NCBI GenBank assembly: GCA_019058295.1
Contig: JAHPZI010000028.1
Location: forward strand, 32,001-96,000
Reading direction: 5' to 3'
DNA length: 64,000 nucleotides
Source: Promethearchaeota archaeon
GTDB lineage: Archaea > Asgardarchaeota > Lokiarchaeia > Sigyniarchaeales > SOKP01
Notes under the pieces: generated by a model
What the model was told of the DNA's origin: nothing
The model's input: only the letters and a program-made list of their open reading frames with translations
The model's database searches: none
Translations under genes and position numbers: made by a program
Part shown: positions 8,908 through 18,627 of the stretch, one piece after another
How the letters are laid out: each line of letters begins with the position of its first letter
Position numbering within the stretch: position 1 is the first letter of the stretch

Positions 8908-11097
8908 TTATTGATATGGTTTAATAACGTGAATAACATCATCAAAATCGATTCCAAGCTCTTTGACTAACTCAATTGTTGGGCAACCAAACGCATTCCA
9001 ACCACGTTTTTGATACACAGCCTCTTGAAGTTTAAAATACTGAATCTCTCTATATTTTCGCAAAATTTTCATTTTTTCTTCGGTAGATTTACCTTCGATA
9101 TCTATATCGAGCTCCTTTAATTGTTCATCATATCTTTTTTGGCGACTTTCATATTCCATTTTTGTTACTGGTCCCATTGCTCTATAAGGTATATTGGAAT
9201 CATGTTCGCTCAAACCTTTACCTTGACGAATGTTAAAAATCCTTTGTAAATTATAGACACGTTCAGACATTCGGATAAGATCATCAGGATCTGCATTGAT
9301 ACCTGTTACTGCCGTATAATAATCTGCATACCATTGAACATGTTGTGGAATTTTCGCTTGTAATAATTCCCCTGCCATTTTAATCGGCAAATCAAAATTC
9401 GATGGAGGAGGCACATCATTCCAAGGAAGTTTACAGAGCCCACATAACCCAAACCAGGTTCTCCATAAAGGAAACCAATATAATGCTTTAGCTTTATCTT
9501 CAAATGTTGGAATTGAGTGGCGTACAACATCTTCAAAAATCAACCATGCTTCATCATGTTGAGGCCCTTTGTTTGTGAAACCATAGCCTCCTTGTTGGGT
9601 GAGTGATTCCTTGGTAACATATTCAGAAAACTCAAGTCCTTTATGCTCCATTCCAATATCTTGTAAAAAATTAGGATCTCCACTATATTTCTCAGCGAAT
9701 AGTTTTTTTAATCGTTTTATTCCTTGACCAACGACCAGACCAAAACCTTCTCCTCGTGCCATTTGATGGATTAATTCAATTGCAGCTTCAGCATTTCCAA
9801 AATGCAACTCAAGTCCGCCTGTAATTTCTTTATTTATAATTCCCTCCTCATAACACTCCATAACAAAGGCAATTCCTGTTCCTACACTTATAGTATCTAA
9901 ACCATAGGTATCACAATAAAAATTAGCTTCCATTACCCATTGAGGATCCCATACACCCCAATTTGATCCACATCCAGCAATAGTTTCATATTCGGGTCCA
10001 TCAACAATTACTTTTTCTCCTTTAAACTGTCCGGTCATAACTTTATATTTTTCAACCCAATGACTACAGCTAACGCTACACCCAAAAAAGCATCCATCTG
10101 ATCCTTTTCCCGTACGTTCCCCGAAAAGATCAGCCCATACTTGGCGTTTATAAGGGATTTCTTTATCTTTAATTTCACGATGTTGACCAAATCGAAAATT
10201 TTCAGTTGGGAGTAAATCTGTAATATTCATAATATCTGGAAGGTATCCCGTTCCTACAATTCTCATTTGATTCATAGAAGGATCGTATGTTATTATTTCT
10301 TTTTTGTGTTTCCTCCCGATCTCAATTAATTTTTCTGGATCAGCAGGATTATTTTTTTTAACATCATATGGAGGAGATCGACATATTAATGCTTTAATTC
10401 TTTTGTTAGCAAATACACTCCCAATTCCTCCCCTTCCTGCTTGTTTACAAGAAGCCCATTTCCTTTTTCGTGCATACCACGAAGAATTTAGCATCCCCCA
10501 TCTTGTGTGCCTTGCGGCAGGTCCTGAACTAACAACAGAAACCATCTGCTTTTCTTTTTCCGTAGATTCTTTCGCAAATTTTTCTGTTAATTGTTGAGTA
10601 AGAAGATGTGAATAGTCTGAAAGATTGTCTGATTCTTCAACCCTTATAATTTGAACCATGTGATCTTGACCATTAATAAATATCAACACATCATTTTCGG
10701 TTTTTCCTTGAATTTCAAGGACATCAAAACCAGAACATTTTAGATAGGGTCCAAAATGCCCTCCTACATTGCTGTCTATCACAATTCCGGTCAGAGGGGA
10801 GATTGTTGTAACTATAGATTTGCCTCCTCCAGGATAATATGTACTTGCCCCTAAAGGACCTGTTGCCCAACAGATTTCATTTTCAGGGTCATCCCATTTA
10901 ACAATTCTGTCTTTCGGTAAGCTATTCCACATAAGCCAGAGATCAAAACCCCTCCCACCGATGAATTTTTCTTTCATTTCATCGGTTATAGGTTTAATTT
11001 TAATTTCGTTTGTTGTTAAATTTATGTATAAAGTTCGATTTGTATATCCCCGAACCATGTCTTGATGTTCATACTTGAGTTCTGCTAAAATCAACAC
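8908..11097 (-). CDS. aor: Aldehyde:ferredoxin oxidoreductase family (tungstopterin)
   Basis: FIGGRG, DPENEI, ISPLTG..DSNVGG, QAGRGGIG, GCFFGCSVSC, GPEYET, CDTYGLDTIS, GLCGLCKLPW. Confidence 0.93.
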   Translation of the reverse strand: MLILAELKYEHQDMVRGYTNRTLYINLTTNEIKIKPITDEMKEKFIGGRGFDLWLMWNSLPKDRIVKWDDPENEICWATGPLGASTYYPGGGKSIVTTISPLTGIVIDSNVGGHFGPYLKCSGFDVLEIQGKTENDVLIFINGQDHMVQIIRVEESDNLSDYSHLLTQQLTEKFAKESTEKEKQMVSVVSSGPAARHTRWGMLNSSWYARKRKWASCKQAGRGGIGSVFANKRIKALICRSPPYDVKKNNPADPEKLIEIGRKHKKEIITYDPSMNQMRIVGTGYLPDIMNITDLLPTENFRFGQHREIKDKEIPYKRQVWADLFGERTGKGSDGCFFGCSVSCSHWVEKYKVMTGQFKGEKVIVDGPEYETIAGCGSNWGVWDPQWVMEANFYCDTYGLDTISVGTGIAFVMECYEEGIINKEITGGLELHFGNAEAAIELIHQMARGEGFGLVVGQGIKRLKKLFAEKYSGDPNFLQDIGMEHKGLEFSEYVTKESLTQQGGYGFTNKGPQHDEAWLIFEDVVRHSIPTFEDKAKALYWFPLWRTWFGLCGLCKLPWNDVPPPSNFDLPIKMAGELLQAKIPQHVQWYADYYTAVTGINADPDDLIRMSERVYNLQRIFNIRQGKGLSEHDSNIPYRAMGPVTKMEYESRQKRYDEQLKELDIDIEGKSTEEKMKILRKYREIQYFKLQEAVYQKRGWNAFGCPTIELVKELGIDFDDVIHVIKPYQ

Positions 11098-11246
11098 ATA
11101 TCACATCGATTTTAAACTTGAATATTATATTTAGGATATTACATTGAAATTCTTTAATTAAATTAAGTTTAAGGTTTCATTATCTTTTTTTGAATCTCTT
11201 GAAAATTTACAAAAAAAATTTTTAGAGATGATTCATTTTACGTTAT

Positions 11247-12116
11247 ATGGTTGATACAGCCACTAAAGTTCGAGAAATACAGAAAAAATTTAATATCATT
11301 GGAAGATCAGAGGAACTAAAAAAAATAATATTGGCACGTGTAGTTGGAAAGAACATATTAATTGAAGGTGAAGTTGGAGTTGGTAAAACAACCTTAGCAC
11401 AGGCAGTTTCCAACTACTTTGATTCAAATTTTTATCGAATAGACTGTTCAGAAGAAATTTTGACCCATAGTTTAGTAGGTCATTGGGATCCTCCACTTGT
11501 TATTGCAAAAGGATATGAAGAGGATTCTTACGTTTATGGACCGCTTGCCTTAGCCATGTCGAAAGGGGGCTGTTTATTTATTAATGAAATTAATAGAATG
11601 CCCGAAAGCACTCAAAATGCGTTACTAACTTCATTAGACGAGAAAATTCTTGATATCCCCAAATTAAAAACCATTAAAGCAAACAATGAATTTTTTGTTG
11701 TTGCAACCTTAAATCCTTCGGCACATGTTGGAGTAACGGCATTAGGAGAAGCTTTAAAAGATAGATTCATCTGGATTAAATTAGATTATCAAAAACCAGA
11801 AGAAGAAATCGAAATTATTAAAAAGGAAGTTGATATTGATGATGATATTGATAATAAAATCATACAGATATCACAAGAAATAGTACAAGCAACGAGAGAT
11901 AACACATCTATACGTAGAGGAAGTTCAATTAGAGGTGCCATTGATTTAACAGCATTAATAACTCAATATGATAACAATACCAGCACTAAAAACTGGATTG
12001 AAGCTGCAATAATGGCGCTTTATAATAAAATTGAAATGGAAGATGGTGTAGCAAAATCGAAAAAAGAAATTATCACTGAAATCGTTTTATCTATATTAAA
12101 TGACTCGGATTTTTAG
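11247..12116 (+). CDS. MoxR/CoxD-like AAA+ ATPase (short, unshifted product)
   Basis: Walker A GEVGVGKTT, Walker B LFINEINR, TLNP, ALKDRF, SSIRGAID. Ends GAT TTT TAG. Confidence 0.92.
   Translation: MVDTATKVREIQKKFNIIGRSEELKKIILARVVGKNILIEGEVGVGKTTLAQAVSNYFDSNFYRIDCSEEILTHSLVGHWDPPLVIAKGYEEDSYVYGPLALAMSKGGCLFINEINRMPESTQNALLTSLDEKILDIPKLKTIKANNEFFVVATLNPSAHVGVTALGEALKDRFIWIKLDYQKPEEEIEIIKKEVDIDDDIDNKIIQISQEIVQATRDNTSIRRGSSIRGAIDLTALITQYDNNTSTKNWIEAAIMALYNKIEMEDGVAKSKKEIITEIVLSILNDSDF
12107..12116 (+). other. Candidate -1 programmed ribosomal frameshift site G_GAT_TTT followed by TAG
   Basis: The heptamer lies in the only overlap (12104-12116) between the AAA frame and the -1 frame that continues into the vWA ORF. 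Confidence 0.65.
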
Positions 12117-13231
12117 TAATCGATGATTTCTCAGAGGAAGAATCCAATGAGATTGAGAGAAAGCGGCTTAATGTTAGGCTTACGGAGAGCCCTCCTGATA
12201 AAGAAATCCTAAGATTAGAAATAATTCGGAGCAAAAAGAAAAAACCTGATTACTATCGCCACTTAGCAAATACATTGGATTATAAGCAAATAAAAGAAAT
12301 GACTTATTTAGCAATCCAATATAAAAATCTTGAAGCTATTATGGGTATGCTTAAGTCAAACGTTTACGCAGCGACGGATGCTTTAGACTGCGAAGATGGG
12401 GTAAAATTTTTTACCGAAAAATCTAAAGAATCAAATATGGTTATGCCGGAAATATATTTCTTTATCAGACGACCGATTTCGCCAAAATATAAAAATATTT
12501 TTAGAAGGCTTGCCCGTCAGAGTATTTTGAAAACTTCCTTGAAAATCACTAGCAGAGGTATTAAAGGAACATTGAAAAAGATTTTCCCTTATTATGAAAT
12601 TGGAATGCCTGAGTTTGATCTGGATGAGACCATTCAACATAATCCGCTAAAAATTTATGAAAAAAGCCTTTCTCATAAAGATATTTATGGAATTAAAAGG
12701 CAACAGCAAAAAAGGAATGTGGTTTTAATTCTTGATACGAGTGGCAGTATGTATGGAAAAACATTATTAAATGCCGCTCTTACAACATCTGTTCTAGCCT
12801 ATAATATGGAAAAGGAAAATTATGGTATAGTCCTTTTCAATTCAACAGCTATGACATTAAAAAGAATTAATGATAAAAAATCAATTATCTCTATTATCGA
12901 TGAAATTCTAGATTCTGAGGCTGTAGGATTTACTAACATCCAAATTGGTTTAGAGAAAGGTTTAAAACAATTAAATCAAGTTAAAGAAAATAGAAAACAT
13001 AAATTTGGTATTTTAATTACTGATGGAAATTATAATCGTGGAGAAAATCCTCTTACTATCTCAAAAAAATATCCTAAATTACATGTAATAGGTATGCCTG
13101 CAGAGAATGACGCTGATAGAGGTCTTGATACTTGTCGAGAACTTGCCAAAGCTGGAAAAGGAAAATTTTTTGCCGTAACCGATTATAAAGAAATTCCGAG
13201 AGCGCTCATAAATTTATTGTCTCAAACTTAA
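12113..13231 (+). CDS. vWA (MIDAS) domain protein, CoxE/ChlD-C-like; probably the C-terminal part of a frameshift fusion (track start TTG 12275)
   Basis: EFDLDETI; MIDAS elements LILDTSGSM, FTNI and ITDG. The frame is open back to 12104 with no ATG/GTG/TTG before 12275. Confidence 0.85.
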   Translation, partial: LVIDDFSEEESNEIERKRLNVRLTESPPDKEILRLEIIRSKKKKPDYYRHLANTLDYKQIKEMTYLAIQYKNLEAIMGMLKSNVYAATDALDCEDGVKFFTEKSKESNMVMPEIYFFIRRPISPKYKNIFRRLARQSILKTSLKITSRGIKGTLKKIFPYYEIGMPEFDLDETIQHNPLKIYEKSLSHKDIYGIKRQQQKRNVVLILDTSGSMYGKTLLNAALTTSVLAYNMEKENYGIVLFNSTAMTLKRINDKKSIISIIDEILDSEAVGFTNIQIGLEKGLKQLNQVKENRKHKFGILITDGNYNRGENPLTISKKYPKLHVIGMPAENDADRGLDTCRELAKAGKGKFFAVTDYKEIPRALINLLSQT

Positions 13232-13542
13232 TTTAATTTTAAATAAAGAAATGTCATTGAATTTGAAAAATCAAAATGATTTTAATCCTATTTTTGTTGA
13301 TATTTTATAATTACAAATAATCTATTAAAAGTAATTAGGCTATCAGAACCTAATAATTTGTAATAACTTAGATGAGTAAATTGGTAGGATAAAACAAAAA
13401 ATAAACAAATTTAATTGAAAGTTTTTAACAAATTTTTGCAATTAGAACAATATTTGAAATAATATAAATAGAATATCTAACATTTTTATTATAATTTAAA
13501 TCTTTTTTAGAAATTTAACAAAAAATTAGGTATATTGAAATT

Positions 13543-16500
13543 ATGATGAAAAAAAGTAATAAAATAAAAATTTTAGCGGTTTTACTTTTTTCTATGATTG
13601 TTTTTACATTATTTATTCAAGTGAGTTTTCTTTCGCTCTTGAATAAAGACGAAACTCAGGAACAACCAATTCAAAAGGCTAAAGAAATAAAATCTAGTGC
13701 TGTTATAACAGAATTCTTATATATAAACCAAGAGGATTACAATAATAATTGGACCGTCGTAAAAGATAAGTATTCATTTATTACAGGTTCCGGAACACTA
13801 GGAGATCCTTATCTGATAAGTAATACTGAATTTGATGGTCAAAATATCCATGGAGCTATTACAATAAATAACTCAAAAAATGTGAACTTTAAAATTAAAA
13901 ATTGCCGATTTTATAACATTGGGTCATCAGATTCCCCAAGTGCAGCAATACAAATAATAGATTCCCGGAATGGAACAATTACAGGATGTGATTTTTCTAG
14001 TTCCGATGACGGCAATATTGGAATAAAAATGTTTAATGGAACTTGGAAAATGACAATTGCTAATAATAATTTTACTAATTTCAAATACGCAATTTATGCC
14101 GAATCAAGTTATCAAAATATTATTTCAGGAAATAATATCGATGAAAATAATGTTGGAATTTACTTAAAATTATGGTGTAATATGAATGAGATTTATAATA
14201 ATTATCTTAGTGAGAATTCTATTGCGGGTATATTTTTAACTGATAGTTGCTGGAATAATAAAATTTCAGGAAATATCATTAATGATAATGTTGTTTTCGG
14301 GGTACTCATAGCATTCTCTGGTAATACCAAAATTTACGGAAACAATTCAATTAATAATAATGGTTATGGAATATATATGACAGGATCCGATTGGAATAAT
14401 ATCGAAAATAATACAATTATATCAAATAATAACGATGGCGTTTATATATCTGGTTCTTGGTGGAACAATTTTACAAGAAATCTAATAAAGGATAATGTAG
14501 AAGTTGGTGTACATATCGATGAATCTAAGGGTGATAGTCAAAATAATTACATATACGAGAATGATTTTATTAATAATGGAGAACACGCGATTGATTACGA
14601 TTATTCAAATAATTGGAATAAAAATAATGTAGGCAATAAGTGGGATAATTATACCCAATTAACTGGTGGGAAGGATGCCGATGATGATGGTATCGGAGAT
14701 GCTCCATATAATTTCACTGGTGGTCGTGATTATTATCCAATCTATAACGATGGACTTGACGCTGGACCTTATCCTGGTGTGATTTGGATAGATGAAAATA
14801 GTCCACAATGGAATTGGACATGGGCAAAAGATAGATATTGGTTCACTGGAGGGGATGGGGGGGTTTTAAATCCTTATACAATTTCTCCTAACATATTCTG
14901 GGAGGGTAAAATTGATGGACTTGGACAATATTCATGTATTACTCTCGTTAATACTCATGGACCATATTTTATTCTCGAGGATTTAACTCTCTACAATTCG
15001 GGATCAGCTGGAATAAATATAACTGATTCTGGAGTTGGAAAAATCATTAATTGTAATAGTTCTAACAATGGAGATGGAATATTCCTCGATGAAGCGCAGT
15101 TTATCAATATTTCACAATGTATTCTCAATGATAATTCCCGTGCCGGCATATTTGTAACCAATGATTCTATGAACAATCTTGCTTGGGATAATTCTCTTTC
15201 GAATAATGATTATGGTATATATATAGAAGATGATAGTGATAATAATAATTTCACGTCTAATATTATCTTAAATAGCGATCTTTATGGAGCCTATGTTTCT
15301 GGTGCTAAAGTAGATGTTAATGATACTGTGTTTTATGAAAATACATTTCAAAATAAACTAACAGGCGATAATGCATATGATGATGGACCTGATACAATAT
15401 GGTATCTTAATGAAAGGGGCAATAGTTGGGATGATTATCCTGATGCCCCTATATATGGAAAAGATGCCGATGATGATGGTATTGGAGATAAATCTTATGA
15501 TAAAATTTATGGCAGTGCTAATTCGATTGATAAATACCCTATTTATTTCGATGATTTAGATGAGTATGCTCTATATATTGATGATAATGCAACTGGTCCA
15601 GGCGCACATAATTGGACTTGGGCAAGTAAAAGATTATTTATTACAGGTAATGGCTCAGCAATCGATCCATATCTCATCAAAGATGTGAGTTTTAATGGAA
15701 GTAAGTTATGGGATAACAGTTGGCCAAAATGCGGTATAACAATTAAAAATTCTGCTGAGTATAATATATATTTTAAAATCGAGAATTGCACTATTTATGA
15801 CGCCATAGATGCAGGGATCTATTTAAATAACGCATCAAGAGGAACAATAATCAATAATTCTATCGATATTTCTAATAATCCGAATTTAAAAATTGGGATT
15901 CATTTAACAAATTCAGCTAATTTAAACAATATATCTTACAACACTCTGAATTCTTTTGAGAAAGGACTGTTTATGAATTATTCCTGTTACAGTAATTATA
16001 TTAAGGGAAATTTTATGGAATGGAACGACTGGGGAATTATTTTAGAACGTTGGTGTTCAAGTAACGTACTTATTAACAATACATTATCTAATAACAATTT
16101 TGCTGGATTATTTTTCAATAATTCATGTTACGTGAATAATGTAACTCAGTGTACAATTAGTAATAATTTAGATGGAATACGATTTAGGAAAAGTTGTAAG
16201 AGTAATGAGATCTTTGAGAATGATATTAAACGTAATAATCAATTTGATAGTAAAGGTGTACTTATATTAGATAATGATTCTGCATATAATATCTTTTACG
16301 AAAATAATTTTACTGGAAACACTATACATGTTCTTGATGATGGGACTTACAATAGATGGAATACAACAGTCTATGGAAATCAAATTGGAAATATTTGGGG
16401 AAATTATACCGAAATCCCTGGCCATGCAGATGATGATGACGATGGGATCGGAGACGTACCATACCCAATACGTAATTCGACAGGAGCTTGGATAAACAAC

Positions 16501-18492
16501 GATTTTTGTCCAATATATGATGATGGTCATAATGGAGATAAAGTTTTTATTGATGGTTTGGGCGTGAGCCCCGGTTATATGAGTTGGAACACGGTAGAAA
16601 AGAAAAGTTGGTGTTCGGGATCGGGATCGCTTTCTGATCCATATATCATTAGTGGCTTAAGAATTGATGCGGGAGGTTTAAATAGTTGTATTATCTTAAG
16701 AGATTCATCTAAAAATGTCATGTTTTATGATTGTAAAGGCATTAATGCTGAAGATGGCGGAGGTAAATATTTTGCAGGATTAAGATTAATCAATGTATCG
16801 AATGTAACAATAACTAATTGTAATTTTTCTTTAAATGGAGATTTTGGAATATATATAACTGGGTTCTATTGGAATCCCTGTGAGAAAATTAAAATTAAGG
16901 AAAACACCTTAGAAGATAATGGAATGAGCGGAATATATGGATTTGATTCTATTATTGAATCTGAAATTCATAAAAACAATATCACTGATAATGAACTCCA
17001 TGGAATTCATCTTTATAAACACTGCGATAATAATTCAATTAAATGGAATACTATTAATGATCATAGTAATGGAGCTGGAATTCGCATAGAAAATATTTCC
17101 GAAAACAACCTAATTTATAATAATTGGCTAACATTAAATAAATACGGGATTAATTTAGATGATGTCAATTATAATGATATAATAAAAAACGATATAGCTG
17201 ATTCAACTACAGATGGAATTTATCTAGAGGAACGTTCCGGTAATTTCTTTATTGAGGATAACAGAATTTACTCCAGTACTGAAAGTGGAATAAATTTTGT
17301 AACTGTTTCTGAATTTTGGTATTTTCGAAATAATGTTACAATTATTGATAATGAAATCTACGATAATCATGAATATGGTATAGAGTTAAGAGATGCTGAA
17401 TTCTGCTTTATTATTAACAATACTTTGAGGATTAACGATAGAGGGATTGGAGTTGTTAAACGATGCTCACAAAATAAGATTATAGGTAATGATATCTTTG
17501 ATAATTTTATAGTAGGACTATATTTTGATATTGATTGTGGAGGCAACTATATATATAAAAATAATTTCACTGGAAATTTTGAACACGCCGATGATTCTGC
17601 CTTATTTCCCATAGAAAATCAATGGTATTTTAATCTTAAGGGGAATTATTGGGATGATTACGGCGACCAAGGTGGTAAAGATAGCAATGATGATGGTGTT
17701 GGAGATGATGGTATCCCTTATAATGTACCAAGCCTCATGAATTTAAAAGATCTTTATCCTATTTGGTGGGACGCCCCGAATTTTACAATTCTTAAACCAC
17801 AACAAAACGCGCAACTCTCAGCAGAACAAAATCCAGAATTCGTAATTAAATTTGATGAGGGAGAATCATATCACTTATGGTATGAAATTGTAGGAGTTGG
17901 AACAAGTCCTATAACTGTTAAATTCACTCCCCCCAAAATAGAAGGAGAGGATGATTACATTGAAAAGATTGATAATAATTTATGGAAGAATACTCCCCAA
18001 GGACAAAGAACAATTAGATTTTATACTAACGATAGTAGAGGCTATGTTCGCTATAATGATGTTTTGATTACAAAATTAAATGCAACAATCAAAGAAGCTC
18101 CTCCCCCAACTGCCGTTGATGATGATGATGATGATGGTGCTGGTAAAGATGAAGAAGAAGAAGGATTACCTTGGTGGCTTCAAGCGATATTTACAGGTAT
18201 TATAAGTGCGACCGCGGGTTTGGTAATTAAGATGTCTTATAGCGCACATAAACGGAAAAAAGAACTATACAGAAAAGTATCTGATAGTTTTGATAGAATT
18301 GATAATCTGGAGATATTTTTACAAGATAAATTAGGTACGGAAGAATGGGCTAAACTTAAAGGACCAATTCAACAATATCAGAATCATGAGATCTCTTCAA
18401 AAAAATTGATAAAAGAGAGTAAGAAGTCTGTTGGGAAAAGATTTATAGAATTATTTATTAGACCCAAACCTAAGAAAAGAATGAAATCCTAA
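13543..18492 (+). CDS. Large cell-surface glycoprotein with four tandem NosD/CASH parallel beta-helix modules, C-terminal TM and cytoplasmic tail
   Basis: Signal peptide. Four modules start NWT...GSG..DPY.I and end GN.WD.Y...D.DDDGIGD.PY. Many GIY/NN.I repeats, a poly-Asp linker and TM WWLQAIFTGIISATAGLVI. Confidence 0.88.
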   Translation: MMKKSNKIKILAVLLFSMIVFTLFIQVSFLSLLNKDETQEQPIQKAKEIKSSAVITEFLYINQEDYNNNWTVVKDKYSFITGSGTLGDPYLISNTEFDGQNIHGAITINNSKNVNFKIKNCRFYNIGSSDSPSAAIQIIDSRNGTITGCDFSSSDDGNIGIKMFNGTWKMTIANNNFTNFKYAIYAESSYQNIISGNNIDENNVGIYLKLWCNMNEIYNNYLSENSIAGIFLTDSCWNNKISGNIINDNVVFGVLIAFSGNTKIYGNNSINNNGYGIYMTGSDWNNIENNTIISNNNDGVYISGSWWNNFTRNLIKDNVEVGVHIDESKGDSQNNYIYENDFINNGEHAIDYDYSNNWNKNNVGNKWDNYTQLTGGKDADDDGIGDAPYNFTGGRDYYPIYNDGLDAGPYPGVIWIDENSPQWNWTWAKDRYWFTGGDGGVLNPYTISPNIFWEGKIDGLGQYSCITLVNTHGPYFILEDLTLYNSGSAGINITDSGVGKIINCNSSNNGDGIFLDEAQFINISQCILNDNSRAGIFVTNDSMNNLAWDNSLSNNDYGIYIEDDSDNNNFTSNIILNSDLYGAYVSGAKVDVNDTVFYENTFQNKLTGDNAYDDGPDTIWYLNERGNSWDDYPDAPIYGKDADDDGIGDKSYDKIYGSANSIDKYPIYFDDLDEYALYIDDNATGPGAHNWTWASKRLFITGNGSAIDPYLIKDVSFNGSKLWDNSWPKCGITIKNSAEYNIYFKIENCTIYDAIDAGIYLNNASRGTIINNSIDISNNPNLKIGIHLTNSANLNNISYNTLNSFEKGLFMNYSCYSNYIKGNFMEWNDWGIILERWCSSNVLINNTLSNNNFAGLFFNNSCYVNNVTQCTISNNLDGIRFRKSCKSNEIFENDIKRNNQFDSKGVLILDNDSAYNIFYENNFTGNTIHVLDDGTYNRWNTTVYGNQIGNIWGNYTEIPGHADDDDDGIGDVPYPIRNSTGAWINNDFCPIYDDGHNGDKVFIDGLGVSPGYMSWNTVEKKSWCSGSGSLSDPYIISGLRIDAGGLNSCIILRDSSKNVMFYDCKGINAEDGGGKYFAGLRLINVSNVTITNCNFSLNGDFGIYITGFYWNPCEKIKIKENTLEDNGMSGIYGFDSIIESEIHKNNITDNELHGIHLYKHCDNNSIKWNTINDHSNGAGIRIENISENNLIYNNWLTLNKYGINLDDVNYNDIIKNDIADSTTDGIYLEERSGNFFIEDNRIYSSTESGINFVTVSEFWYFRNNVTIIDNEIYDNHEYGIELRDAEFCFIINNTLRINDRGIGVVKRCSQNKIIGNDIFDNFIVGLYFDIDCGGNYIYKNNFTGNFEHADDSALFPIENQWYFNLKGNYWDDYGDQGGKDSNDDGVGDDGIPYNVPSLMNLKDLYPIWWDAPNFTILKPQQNAQLSAEQNPEFVIKFDEGESYHLWYEIVGVGTSPITVKFTPPKIEGEDDYIEKIDNNLWKNTPQGQRTIRFYTNDSRGYVRYNDVLITKLNATIKEAPPPTAVDDDDDDGAGKDEEEEGLPWWLQAIFTGIISATAGLVIKMSYSAHKRKKELYRKVSDSFDRIDNLEIFLQDKLGTEEWAKLKGPIQQYQNHEISSKKLIKESKKSVGKRFIELFIRPKPKKRMKS

Positions 18493-18627
18493 TTCTTTAA
18501 TTTTTTTTATATTTTTTAATTTTATTTTTTATAATTATTAAAAATTTAAGCTCTTATACTTTATTTATAATAAAAAAGAATTTATTTGTTATAAGGTAAA
18601 TTCATTTTAGAGAGAGAAAAGAGAAAA

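Noticed and set aside
13285-13390. Nested short inverted repeats (ATCCTA/TAGGAT, ATTACAAAT/ATTTGTAAT, ATTAGG/CCTAAT)
   Set aside because: Short, AT-rich and irregularly spaced; no target-site duplication or second copy to support a MITE or RNA.
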